The position numbers were made by a program, and so were the translations under genes. DNA of 64,000 nt from Bdellovibrionota bacterium (GTDB taxonomy: Bacteria > Bdellovibrionota_C > UBA2361 > OMII01). The number at the start of each line of letters is the position of its first letter. The first letter of the stretch is position 1. Positions 47,414-57,300 of this stretch are shown here, in pieces. The stretch spans positions 63,007-127,006 of the forward strand of contig JBIJBE010000004.1 of the NCBI GenBank assembly GCA_044345405.1, in the 5' to 3' direction. The notes beneath the pieces are model-generated. The model was not told where the DNA came from, searched no databases, and saw only the letters and a list, made by a program, of their open reading frames with translations.

Positions 47414-48955
47414 TCAACGTCGACTAAAAAGAGCCGTATCTCCCGATTCACCGGCTCGTTGCCACGTGGAGTCCGCCTCGAGGAATTTCGCGAGACCACT
47501 CTGAGTTGGCGTCAGTACATCAGTAACGCCGAAGACGCGAGAGAGCTCCGCGAAGGTGTCTGGATCTCGCAAGCTCGTCAGATACGCTCTGTAGAGCGGC
47601 TCTCCGACAACAACGGTACGATCATCAAGTACCGCTCTACTTTGAGGCCACATGAGGTGCGTAATAGCGCCGCCCCAGTCCGGCGAGGCGAAGATAACTC
47701 TTCCCTGTGGAACATTCGATGTGACGAACAGCTCAGAGAGGCGTCGCTCATATATCGAACCAATGTCGTGGGGCAGCACCCGCGACGGCGCTATGAGTAT
47801 CACGCTCAATCCGACCAGCGCGATAAGGACCGAGCTTTTGACGCCCGGTGAAGCGAATGTGAGCTCTCGCGCATCAAGCCGGCGGAGAACAGACCGCGTC
47901 AATCCCGTCCATGATCGCTCCGGGAGAAAATTTTTCCCTCCAAAGCACGCGGACCAGAGAGGGAGGCAGGCGAGACTGGCGAACGGAACAACGCGTACAG
48001 ACCATAGAGCCTGAAGCACAAAGAGCGCGGCGAGCAGAACCTCAAAGAGGCCGACGCCATTTCGAATACGGCGACTCAGAAGGGCGCACACACACGGAAT
48101 GAGGGCGAGCGAGAGGAGTAGCGTTCCCTCCGCGCTGTTCACGTTCACGGGAGACCACTCGGTGGTAATCGAACGAAGCGCCGCGCTCCCACCGAGGGTG
48201 GCGATGCTCTCATACAAACTAAAACCGAAAGGATTGAGCGATGACGCCACAACGCAGAGCCCGAGCATAGCGGCGGCCCGAACCGCTCTCGTTCGGCCAG
48301 CGGTCCCCGAGAGCGCGAGAGAAACGGTGACGATTCCAAGGACCACGAATCCATAGACGAAGGCTGGATGTATATTTGCCCACACCGCGATCATCCCACC
48401 TAGCGCGAAAGCGTGCCAAGCGGTCAATCTCCACGACCACTGACCTTGAGTCAAAAGCGCTTGGCATCGCGCTGTAAAGGCTGAGAACAACACGATAGAG
48501 AAGAGCACAGGCCGAACGATGAGATGAATCTGCCCAAGCTTGAACGCCAGTGCCACACCCAATAGAACGATGACTAACCCCTCTCCACTACGCCGAAGAG
48601 AGTCCGCCGCGATGCCGAAATACGCGATGAGATAGATCCCCGCGATAACACCGTACACGAGTGGCCATCCTCCCAGAGAGAAAAGCTCAAAGAGCGCGAT
48701 ATCACCAAGCCACTGCTCATTGATCCAAGGACGGGGCTGTCCTACCTCAACGTAGGGATTAGGGATGAGAGCGGGAGCCAAGAAGGGATCCGTTGCTGGC
48801 ACCGTGTGCGTCTCTGCTATCACGGATCCATTCGCGAGATGCCACCCTAATCCGGGATCATCGGCGATGTGGTCAAAGGTGCCTTTGAAGAGCGAGAGAT
48901 ACGCTACGAGAGCGAACACAAAAACGATAGGAAATCTCTGGGGAGGGGCGAACAT
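47414..48955 (-). CDS. multi-pass membrane protein, probable GT-C-fold glycosyltransferase
   Basis: DDPGLGWHL..G..I...DPF...W.NEQWL loop after TM1, RP..FS, WANIH..F, EW.P, C-terminal WGG...DDR. GGAGGAG RBS. Confidence 0.7.
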   Translation of the reverse strand: MFAPPQRFPIVFVFALVAYLSLFKGTFDHIADDPGLGWHLANGSVIAETHTVPATDPFLAPALIPNPYVEVGQPRPWINEQWLGDIALFELFSLGGWPLVYGVIAGIYLIAYFGIAADSLRRSGEGLVIVLLGVALAFKLGQIHLIVRPVLFSIVLFSAFTARCQALLTQGQWSWRLTAWHAFALGGMIAVWANIHPAFVYGFVVLGIVTVSLALSGTAGRTRAVRAAAMLGLCVVASSLNPFGFSLYESIATLGGSAALRSITTEWSPVNVNSAEGTLLLSLALIPCVCALLSRRIRNGVGLFEVLLAALFVLQALWSVRVVPFASLACLPLWSACFGGKNFLPERSWTGLTRSVLRRLDARELTFASPGVKSSVLIALVGLSVILIAPSRVLPHDIGSIYERRLSELFVTSNVPQGRVIFASPDWGGAITHLMWPQSRAVLDDRTVVVGEPLYRAYLTSLRDPDTFAELSRVFGVTDVLTPTQSGLAKFLEADSTWQRAGESGDTALFSRR

Positions 48956-49022
48956 ACTCCTCCCCAGGGTACTCGGCCACGAGTGGTGACGCACCTATGA
49001 AATGCGGATCCCCGAAAGATCA

Positions 49023-50402
49023 CTAGACCGTTATAGTTTGAAGATATTCCGCCACAAAGCTGCTCCACCCCAGCTCCTTACCGAGGAGCTCGCTGAAATG
49101 GCGCGCTGAGTCCGGCTCTCCGTGCACAACGGCCACCCGACCCGGATTTCCCGAGCACGAGCGACACCACCGGAGCAATTCATCTCGATCCGCGTGAGCG
49201 CTCAACCCACTCACCTCACAGATCTCAGCGTTCACGGGAACCTCATCTCCGAGCAATCGCGCCGTTTTATTTCCACGCTTGAGCCAATCACCACGAGATC
49301 CGGGCGGTTGATATCCGACGAACATCACGCTATTTCTTTTATCCGAGACCCGATGTTTGAGATGGTGAAGAATTCGGCCTCCACTCAACATTCCGCTCGC
49401 GGAGATAAGGATCATCGGCTCATCGATTGAGTTGAGTTTGATCGATTCTTCCCTCTCTCGAGTGAAATACATCTTGGGAACGGTAAACGGCTGGGCGCCT
49501 CGATGAAGCAACTCTTTTGAGCGCTCATCGTACTCATTCGGATGGTGTCGATAGATAGCGGTCGCGTCAGCCGCCATCGGGCTATCAATAATGACCGGAA
49601 GGTCGGGAATCCGCTCCTCCGCTTTCAGTTCTCGAAGGTAATAGAGCAACGTCTGCGTACGTCCCACCGCGAAGCTCGGGATGATTACCACACCACGACG
49701 TCTATAGGTTCGATTGATAATATCAGCCATTTCGTCTTTAAGGTTTCCACCCTCGTGGAGTCGAGCCCCGTAGGTCGATTCAATCAGCAGAAGATCTCCC
49801 ATCGTCACCGGTTGGGGATCCACGAGGATCGGCTCCTCATACCGGCCGATATCACCGGAAAAGACGATCGTCTTTCCACCTATGCGCAGAGTGATGGCGC
49901 ACGCGCCGAGGATGTGTCCCATAAGAGACCACTCCGCCGTCACACCATCGACAACAGGGATTCGAGTGTTGATGGGACCTGGCGTAAGGAGCTCCAGGGA
50001 TGATTTCGCGTCCTCTTCCGTATACAGCGGAAGAGGCGGGTCGTGTCGGGACTTTTTGTGCTTAGCGCGGAAGGCGGCCTCCTCCTCCTGAAGTCCGCCA
50101 CTGTCAAGCAAGAGGAGCTTCGCGAGGTCAGCGGTACCTGGAGAACAAAGAACTGGCGCTCTCAGCCCAAGTTTGTAGTAGCGAGGGAGCATGCCAACGT
50201 GGTCGATGTGCGCGTGAGTCAGGAGCACGGCTTGAATCGAGGTGGGATCAAAGTGGGGAGGCTCCCAATTTCGCTCCCGCCATGCCCGCTCTCCCTGGAA
50301 GATGCCGCAATCAACCAGAAGGCGAATGTTTCCGTACGTCACGAGATAGGTGGAGCCCGTGACCGTGCCAGCGGCCCCGAGAAAGGTGATTCGAACGTCC
50401 AT
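49023..50402 (-). CDS. MBL-fold beta-CASP RNA-processing nuclease
   Basis: FLGAAGTVTGS, LVDCG, LTHAHIDH, GHILG, FSGDIG, ESTYG, PSFAVGR.Q, SGM..GGR..HH, LSAHAD, VHGE. Confidence 0.93.
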   Translation of the reverse strand: MDVRITFLGAAGTVTGSTYLVTYGNIRLLVDCGIFQGERAWRERNWEPPHFDPTSIQAVLLTHAHIDHVGMLPRYYKLGLRAPVLCSPGTADLAKLLLLDSGGLQEEEAAFRAKHKKSRHDPPLPLYTEEDAKSSLELLTPGPINTRIPVVDGVTAEWSLMGHILGACAITLRIGGKTIVFSGDIGRYEEPILVDPQPVTMGDLLLIESTYGARLHEGGNLKDEMADIINRTYRRRGVVIIPSFAVGRTQTLLYYLRELKAEERIPDLPVIIDSPMAADATAIYRHHPNEYDERSKELLHRGAQPFTVPKMYFTREREESIKLNSIDEPMILISASGMLSGGRILHHLKHRVSDKRNSVMFVGYQPPGSRGDWLKRGNKTARLLGDEVPVNAEICEVSGLSAHADRDELLRWCRSCSGNPGRVAVVHGEPDSARHFSELLGKELGWSSFVAEYLQTITV

Positions 50403-50574
50403 AGGTCCTCGTTGGTACCATTAACCCATTCAGGGTGTTTGTAGCATGAGGTCGGTTGGTCCGCATGCGTAAACTCACGGGTCAGCATCGCGAGATCGGC
50501 GCTAGACACTACCCGGCATGAGCTGCGATTCTCATGGATGTGACGCGAAACGCGTCGGTATCATAGAGAGAGCC

Positions 50575-51693
50575 ATGGCAGCGACCACTAAAAACAAGAA
50601 ACCCGTCAACTACAAACCAACTATCATAACCAAGAACTCACTCTCCTTCCTCGAGCGATACATCAACAACCCCTCTCCGACTGGGTTTGAGGCGAGCGGT
50701 CAAAAATTGTGGCTCTCGTACATCAAACCGTTCGTTGACGAAACACACGTCGATACCTATGGCACCGCCTACGCAGTCATTAATCCAGACGCGAAATTTA
50801 AAGTTGTTATTGAGGCGCACGCTGACGAGATATCGTGGTTCGTAGCGTACATTACTGACAACGGTCTGATACACGTGCGCCGAAACGGTGGAAGCGACCA
50901 TCAGATCGCTCCCTCGAAGCGCGTGGATATCCACACCGCAAAGGGCATCGTGAAGGCGGTGTTCGGATGGCCCGCTATCCATACCCGCTCCGATGGAAAA
51001 GAGGAGTCACCGAGCCTCAAGAATATCTTTCTCGATGTGGGCGCGAAATCGAAGAAAGAAGTTGAGGAGATGGGTATCCATGTCGGTTGCGTCATCACCT
51101 ACGAGGACCAATTCATGATCCTTAACGACCGGTACTACGTTGGCCGGGCGCTCGACAACCGCATCGGTGGCTTCATGATCGCCGAGGTTGCGCGCCTTCT
51201 CAAGGAGAACAAAAAGAAGCTCAACTACGGGCTCTACATCGTCAACAGCGTGCAAGAAGAGGTTGGGCTCCGTGGCGCTGAGATGATCGCGCACACGATT
51301 CAACCTCACGCGGCGATCGTGACTGATGTCTGCCACGACACCTCAACGCCGATGATTAACAAGATCGTCGAGGGCGATACACGTTGCGGCGCGGGACCCG
51401 TTCTGACCTACGGACCGGCCGTACACAACAAACTCCTCGACCTGATTATCGACACCGCGACGAAGCACAAGGTCGACTTTCAACGAGACTCCGTATCTCG
51501 CGCCACCGGCACCGATACGGACGCGTTCGCTTATTCGAACGGCGGCATCCCCTCGGCTCTCATCTCACTTCCGCTGCGATACATGCATACAACGGTAGAG
51601 ATGGCTGAGATCAAGGATGTCGAGGGAGTGATCACGTTGATGTACCAGACCTTGCTCACCCTCACTCCAAAATTTAACTTTAAATATCTGTAA
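50575..51693 (+). CDS. M42-family metallo-aminopeptidase
   Basis: SPTGFE, AHADEI, ALDNRIG, VQEEVGLRGA, TDVCH, GTDTDA, PLRYMHT.VE. Confidence 0.93.
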   Translation: MAATTKNKKPVNYKPTIITKNSLSFLERYINNPSPTGFEASGQKLWLSYIKPFVDETHVDTYGTAYAVINPDAKFKVVIEAHADEISWFVAYITDNGLIHVRRNGGSDHQIAPSKRVDIHTAKGIVKAVFGWPAIHTRSDGKEESPSLKNIFLDVGAKSKKEVEEMGIHVGCVITYEDQFMILNDRYYVGRALDNRIGGFMIAEVARLLKENKKKLNYGLYIVNSVQEEVGLRGAEMIAHTIQPHAAIVTDVCHDTSTPMINKIVEGDTRCGAGPVLTYGPAVHNKLLDLIIDTATKHKVDFQRDSVSRATGTDTDAFAYSNGGIPSALISLPLRYMHTTVEMAEIKDVEGVITLMYQTLLTLTPKFNFKYL

Positions 51694-51814
51694 GAGCGTT
51701 CAAAGCCTCCTCGAAGGCCGCTTGCGCGACCATCCTCATAGAGTCGCCGGCTCCCCACAGCCGGCGCTTTCAGGACTCTGGAAATCAAGGGCGCCTTTGA
51801 GGTACCCTACCTCC

Positions 51815-52810
51815 GTGAATTCGGATACACCCAACCACCGCTTTGGTCGCCGCGAGTACGTCAACCCGAACCGGCACTACGCCAACCGGGTCAACGCTCC
51901 CGTTCTCGCTGAACAGCAGGCAGAGGCGGCGCTCAGAGAGTTACGTGAGCGTTTCGAGCGGGTGGAGCTACACCCTGACGACCGCCAGGCGGTAACAGAG
52001 CTTGTGGGATTGGGTTGGCGCATCCTGACCCTGGTCGGCTTTCCAGACTTCGATCACATTCGACAGGTACACTCGGAGGAGTGGCAGAACCTTATCGCTC
52101 CAGCGCAACACGGACTTGTGGCGCTCGCGCTTGAGGCTATCGGTTGGTATCACTTCGGACTCCGTCCCTACGACATCGATCGCACCGCCCGAGTGTTCGA
52201 CCGATGCCTTGAACTAACCCCTCACAATCAACGAGCGCTCGAGCGCTTCGCGATTGTGGCCAATGAAATTAAGCCGGAGCACATCGGTGGATTCGCGAAG
52301 TTTCCGAAGAAACAGCAGGAAACGGCGTTGGGCTATAAGCTTCAATGCAAACGCAAGATCGATAACATTCTCCTTGATGTATTTGGGATTACTGAGGGGC
52401 ACCTCGTTGGCAAGGGGGAGCAAACGGTCGCTCAGATGATGAAGGCGCGAAAACACGCTGAGCGAAAGTTCGTGTTTGCTATCCTTGGTCACCTCTCCCG
52501 CTTTAACTACGCGATGGGATATTTCTTCGGGAACGGGACACAACTCAGCCTCGGGATCGGCGCCGCGTGCTGTCAACTTGAGATGCTCGAACTTCCTCGA
52601 GACATCTCGAACCTGGTCATGTTGTGCAAGAGTCGATTGGACGAGTGCTCCCCTGGTGAGGTAGCCGGAGAGGAAACGCCTCTTCTCTGTTCTATTCTGA
52701 AGGCACTTTCGGCGCTCTGGGACGCCAAATGGAGAATATTTAAAAATCAGACCGCCCATAGAAGAGTTAAAGAAATCCAAGAGTTACTCAGCATTATAGA
52801 GCGCGAGTAG
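51815..52810 (+). CDS. hypothetical helical (TPR-like) protein
   Basis: ALEAIGWYHF....ARVFDRCLELTPHNQRAL resembles one TPR. Start uncertain (TTG 51722 or GTG 51815). Confidence 0.65.
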   Translation: MNSDTPNHRFGRREYVNPNRHYANRVNAPVLAEQQAEAALRELRERFERVELHPDDRQAVTELVGLGWRILTLVGFPDFDHIRQVHSEEWQNLIAPAQHGLVALALEAIGWYHFGLRPYDIDRTARVFDRCLELTPHNQRALERFAIVANEIKPEHIGGFAKFPKKQQETALGYKLQCKRKIDNILLDVFGITEGHLVGKGEQTVAQMMKARKHAERKFVFAILGHLSRFNYAMGYFFGNGTQLSLGIGAACCQLEMLELPRDISNLVMLCKSRLDECSPGEVAGEETPLLCSILKALSALWDAKWRIFKNQTAHRRVKEIQELLSIIERE

Positions 52811-52952
52811 TCCTGGAGTGAGCGCGAAGGGCGCAGCGCGGCTCTCCGCCTACCTCCGAAGCTTACGATTCACGTTCCTATCTCTACCAACTCACTCAGT
52901 TTTCGGTTAGGAATAGCGTCGTTCTATTCATTCTTTTCATGAGTTGAAACTT

Positions 52953-53600
52953 ATGTGGCTTGATCGCGCGATTAAATGGCTGCTCCCCCGGGAAGATCAC
53001 TTCTATGTACTTCTCCAGAAAGGCGCTCAATGCGCTAAGGACGCGAGCGCCCTCCTCGTGAAATGTATCGAAGAGACCGATCGTTCCAGTCGCGAGGTAG
53101 CCATCAAGAAGCTGAAGGAGGTCGAGCATGAAGCTGACCGAGTTATCGTTGAGGTCTACCAGGAGCTCAACCGCACGTTCGTAACCCCCCTCGACCGCTC
53201 CGACATTTACAAGTTGGGATCAGAGCTTGAGAGCATCACAGACGCCATTTACTCCACAGCGTTTCAGATCATCGTTCACGCCATGGAGGATCTCCCGGCG
53301 GGAAGTCGTGAACTCGCCGTGCTTGTTGACCAGTGTTGCCAAGAGATCTACGAAGCCGTGAGCCATCTCCAGAGCAAGACGAGTCACCTCGACATCCGAA
53401 AGCGATGCAAGAACATCAAGAGCTTTGAGGATCAAGGAGATGTCATCTTCCGTACACAGATCGCCTCTATGTTCAAAAGTGAGTCCGACGCTATCCGTCT
53501 TCTTAAGCACAAGGAGTTCCTTGAGGGGCTCGAAGGCAGCCTGGACCTCTGCGACGATGTTGGAAACGTGCTCTCGACGGTGGTTATCAAGAATTCGTAG
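52953..53600 (+). CDS. DUF47 / Pit-accessory phosphate transport regulator
   Basis: LLPRED.FY, EHEAD, LNRTFVTPLDRSDI..L, ED..D, K...E.LE...D.CDDV, directly before a Pit gene. Confidence 0.9.
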   Translation: MWLDRAIKWLLPREDHFYVLLQKGAQCAKDASALLVKCIEETDRSSREVAIKKLKEVEHEADRVIVEVYQELNRTFVTPLDRSDIYKLGSELESITDAIYSTAFQIIVHAMEDLPAGSRELAVLVDQCCQEIYEAVSHLQSKTSHLDIRKRCKNIKSFEDQGDVIFRTQIASMFKSESDAIRLLKHKEFLEGLEGSLDLCDDVGNVLSTVVIKNS

Positions 53601-53605
53601 GTACT

Positions 53606-54628
53606 ATGTCAGCTTCAATGCTTCTTGGCCTCGTCATCGCCGTCGTCATAGTCGCCCTCATATTCGACTTCATTAACGGCTTCCATGACACAGCGAACGC
53701 TATCGCGACGGTAGTGAGCACAGGAGTGTTACCCCTGAGAACCGCCATCTGCCTCGCGGCCATGCTCAATTTTGTGGGAGCGTTCACGGGAACAGCGGTA
53801 GCGAGTACGATCGGTAAAGGAATCATCACGCCGAGCACCATCACGTTGGTAGTGGTTTTTTCCGCCCTCGTGGGTGCGATCTTCTGGAACCTCTTTACGT
53901 GGTACTACGGCATTCCGTCGTCAAGCTCACATGCGATGGTAGGCGGTCTGATCGGAGCGGGCCTCGCGCACAGCGGAGTCACCTCGATTCAGGGACCAGG
54001 CCTCACGAAGATCGTCCTTAGTCTCGTCATCAGCCCGCTGGTGGGTATGTTGGTGGCCTTCAGCTTCATGATCTTTTTGTATTGGATCTTCCGACGCGCC
54101 GCCCCTGTGGGGGTAGCTCCCCTCTTCCGTCGTCTGCAGATGTTATCCGCGGGCTTCATGGCGCTCTCTCACGGAAGTAACGACGCTCAGAAGACGATGG
54201 GTGTAATCACGATGTCCCTCGTTGCCGCCGGATATATGGTGATGCCGGAGACCGGAAAACTTCCCGTTCCACTGTGGGTTGTAGTGGCGAGCGCGACCGC
54301 CATGGGCCTGGGTACCGCGGCGGGTGGAGTGCGAATCATCAAAACTCTCGGCACGAAGATCATCGACCTCAAGCCTATCCACGGCTTCGCGGCTGAGACC
54401 GCGGCGGCGTCTGTGATCTTCACCGCCTCTCACTATGGACTGCCGGTCTCAACGACCCACTGTATCAGTGGGTCGATCTTGGGCGTTGGCGCGAGCCAAA
54501 GTGTGTCAGCTGTTCGATGGGGAATAACCACTCGAATTCTATGGGCCTGGGTACTCACCATCCCCATCAGCGCTATCAGCGCCTACCTCATGTACTGGCC
54601 GGCGAGCTGGTTAACGGGGTCGAATTAG
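53606..54628 (+). CDS. pit: PiT-family inorganic phosphate transporter
   Basis: FDFINGFHDTANAIAT.VST, GIPSSSSHA..GG, SHGSNDAQKTMG, GLPVSTTH, WVLTIP. Confidence 0.95.
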   Translation: MSASMLLGLVIAVVIVALIFDFINGFHDTANAIATVVSTGVLPLRTAICLAAMLNFVGAFTGTAVASTIGKGIITPSTITLVVVFSALVGAIFWNLFTWYYGIPSSSSHAMVGGLIGAGLAHSGVTSIQGPGLTKIVLSLVISPLVGMLVAFSFMIFLYWIFRRAAPVGVAPLFRRLQMLSAGFMALSHGSNDAQKTMGVITMSLVAAGYMVMPETGKLPVPLWVVVASATAMGLGTAAGGVRIIKTLGTKIIDLKPIHGFAAETAAASVIFTASHYGLPVSTTHCISGSILGVGASQSVSAVRWGITTRILWAWVLTIPISAISAYLMYWPASWLTGSN

Positions 54629-54638
54629 AGGGCATACC

Positions 54639-54672
54639 AGCCCCAGGTGGTTAACCCAGCTGGGGCTTTTTT
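54639..54672 (+). terminator. intrinsic terminator of the DUF47-pit operon
   Basis: Stem AGCCCCAG / CTGGGGCT followed by a T-run. Confidence 0.8.
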
Positions 54673-54723
54673 ATTCAGAGCAGGCACCTTGAATATTTCT
54701 TCCCAGTCCGTACTGTAAGCCTC

Positions 54724-55179
54724 ATGAGAATATCTGAATTAGCGAAAGCCCTGTCGACCTCTCCTGAGGCAACTATCCGATTTCAACTTCCTACCGGTGA
54801 ACTAGCGCCACCTCACGCCCACGTCACCGAGGTCGCCCGCATCAGCAAACGGTTCATCGACTGTGGTGGAACGTTCCGTGAGGAATCGATGTGTCGTCTT
54901 CAAACCTGGGTCGCCAACGACTACGATCATCGCCTTATGGCTGGAAAACTCGCGAAGATACTCGATAAGGCCCGATCGATATTTGGAGACGAGGATCTCG
55001 AGGTGGACATTGAGCACGACATGGGATTTGTTACGCAGTTCCCCCTTCGAGGGACAACTCTTCAGGGGACAGAACTACTGCTCTCCCTTGGAGGAAAGAA
55101 CACGGCGTGCCTCGCGCCTGAGCTATGCTGCCCTACGCCTCCGGATTCGAGCTTGATTGGCCTGGGAAGAAAGAAATAG
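54724..55179 (+). CDS. DUF6428-like protein
   Basis: F.LP.G...P.H.HVTEV....K.FIDCGG..R.E....LQ.W...D..HRL...KL..I, and a C-terminal TACLA...CC. Confidence 0.75.
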   Translation: MRISELAKALSTSPEATIRFQLPTGELAPPHAHVTEVARISKRFIDCGGTFREESMCRLQTWVANDYDHRLMAGKLAKILDKARSIFGDEDLEVDIEHDMGFVTQFPLRGTTLQGTELLLSLGGKNTACLAPELCCPTPPDSSLIGLGRKK

Positions 55180-55322
55180 GGGAGCGACGAGGATAAGCTG
55201 CGCGTCGCGACAGAGGTCCGGGACGCGATCAGAACGAAGATCGAGTCGTGGCTGCGTGAAGGCCCCCTCTCCTAAAACCTCCTACCTTCCCAAAGCGGCT
55301 CACATGGTCGACAATCTAACCC

Positions 55323-55883
55323 ATGGAGCACTTTTTCCAAACGATCGATGGCTGGTTTGACTTCGAAGAGGTCTACCGACGAATGGTACTCGAGGCTCCC
55401 GCGGAGGCTTACTTCGTTGAGGTAGGCGCCTTTCTAGGGAAGAGCACCAGCTTCATGGCCGTGGAGATATCCAACAGTAAGAAAGATATCCGATTCGATG
55501 TCGTGGACACCTGGGAGGGATCGATCGAGCACCAAGAGGGGGCTGAGCACGAGAGAAAAGCGGTTCTTGAAGGCACCCTCTTCGACAACTTCAAACGCAA
55601 CATGAAGCCAGTGGCGCACATCATCACCCCCGTGCGAGCACCTAGCGTTGAGGCCGCCAAACGATATCGAGATGCCTCGTTGGATTTCGTATTCCTCGAC
55701 GCCGCCCACGACTATGACAACGTGAAAGCTGATATCACTGCGTGGAGATCGAAGGTCAAATCGGGAGGATACCTCGGAGGACACGACTATCAGCTCATCT
55801 TTCCCGGGGTCATGAAAGCGGTGCAGGAGGAGTTTCCTCAACACCAGACCTACGGATTCACCTGGCTCGTTCAAATTCCGTGA
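55323..55883 (+). CDS. class I SAM-dependent methyltransferase (Methyltransf_24-like)
   Basis: IDGWF, FVEVGAFLGKS, VDTWEGS, SLDFVFLDAAHDY..V..DI.AW...VK.GG..GGHDY. Confidence 0.88.
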   Translation: MEHFFQTIDGWFDFEEVYRRMVLEAPAEAYFVEVGAFLGKSTSFMAVEISNSKKDIRFDVVDTWEGSIEHQEGAEHERKAVLEGTLFDNFKRNMKPVAHIITPVRAPSVEAAKRYRDASLDFVFLDAAHDYDNVKADITAWRSKVKSGGYLGGHDYQLIFPGVMKAVQEEFPQHQTYGFTWLVQIP

Positions 55884-55886
55884 TCC

Positions 55887-57212
55887 ATGGCAGCTGATCA
55901 CCGAACTTCCGAACCATCCCCAAAAAGCAAACGAATACTGGGCATCTGCGCGACGATGAGCGTCCCAATGCTCTGGGGTTCCGGTATTCTGGGTAACGCG
56001 CTCTCCATCGAAGCGACGATAGCGTTTACCATCGCGCTCATCGTCTTGTGCGCGAAGGTCCCTCAACAGAGGCTCAACGCCACCCTAGCGATCATGACAC
56101 TCATCGCGTCGATCTCGTTCACGCTCTGCGCTGCCGATACTATCCTCCGGCTCGTCGCGGGGCCGCTTGTGTACTACCGCGCGCACTCGGAGCTCGTACG
56201 ACAAGATAGTGACCGTCCCGGACTTACTCGCTACGTACCTAACGCGCGCTCCGACCGTTCGACCTTCGGGGATCTGGCGGCGATGTCAGGAGATCCGGCG
56301 CATCGGGTCAACCGGCGAGAGGTCTTTGAAACTGACAACCGGGGGTTTCGAAACTCACCGAGCGCCCGTCAACAACCTTTCGATCTCATCATCCTTGGGG
56401 ACTCATTCGGCATGGGGCTCGGCTCAACTCAAGAGGAGACCTGGACATCGGTCCTTGAGCGGGATGGTCACCATATCTACAACCTCTCAATGCCCGCCAC
56501 GTGCGCGGCCCATGGCGCGGCCCGGCTCGCCGCTGAGCTCCCGAGCATTCCCCTCACTCGGAACGCGACGGTTATTGTCCCCGTCTACGTCGGTAACGAT
56601 CTCGAGGAGTGCACACAGGAGATCGACATGAAACTTTCGGAGCAGCGGCCATCACCGATGGCCGCCGCCCGCATCGCCATCGACGATTACCGGAGCCGCT
56701 CTCCCGTACGACAGTTCGCGATGCGGCTCGTGTATCGGTGGATCTTCGCTGATCCGGTCGTAACAACGCGGGGTCTTCCCGATGGGCGAAACGTCCTTTT
56801 CTACAAACCTCATGTGCGCGCCGCGCAACTATCCGTCAGCGAGGTCGAACACTCGCCGAATTTCTCCGTTCTCACAAAGGCGCTCAGTAAGATTAAGACC
56901 ATAAGCGAACAACATCACACGGCGATGGTGGTCGTGATCCTTCCAACCAAAGAGGAGATGTACGACAGTATGCTCCGCGGTGAATCACCAAACGCAATTC
57001 CTACAACCTCCTCAGGGTTCGCTCTGGCGATTATGGCGTTTTGCGCGTCACAAGCCCTCTCGTGCCATGACCTCACACCCAACTTCATGGAAGCGGCGCG
57101 CAGCGCGTTGAAAGACAAGGAGCTTCTGTGGTGGACGGATGACTCACACTGGAACACGAAAGGAAACCGAGTTGCCGCGCACCTAATCTCCCAAGCCATT
57201 GAAAACCGATAA
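55887..57212 (+). CDS. membrane-anchored SGNH/AlgX-like hydrolase or acyltransferase
   Basis: N-terminal TM segments, TDNRGFRN, LGDSF..G, YVGNDL, VVILPTKE, DDSHWN..GN. Confidence 0.8.
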   Translation: MAADHRTSEPSPKSKRILGICATMSVPMLWGSGILGNALSIEATIAFTIALIVLCAKVPQQRLNATLAIMTLIASISFTLCAADTILRLVAGPLVYYRAHSELVRQDSDRPGLTRYVPNARSDRSTFGDLAAMSGDPAHRVNRREVFETDNRGFRNSPSARQQPFDLIILGDSFGMGLGSTQEETWTSVLERDGHHIYNLSMPATCAAHGAARLAAELPSIPLTRNATVIVPVYVGNDLEECTQEIDMKLSEQRPSPMAAARIAIDDYRSRSPVRQFAMRLVYRWIFADPVVTTRGLPDGRNVLFYKPHVRAAQLSVSEVEHSPNFSVLTKALSKIKTISEQHHTAMVVVILPTKEEMYDSMLRGESPNAIPTTSSGFALAIMAFCASQALSCHDLTPNFMEAARSALKDKELLWWTDDSHWNTKGNRVAAHLISQAIENR

Positions 57213-57300
57213 CCGTCGGCTCGCCTCTTCCCAAACCTGTGGACTTCCGACCAAACTATCGGTAGCCTTTTCAGGAGATTACCGGTTAGGGGGAACCATC

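Noticed and set aside
55434-56066. 210-aa minus-strand ORF
   Set aside because: Antisense shadow of the methyltransferase and SGNH genes.
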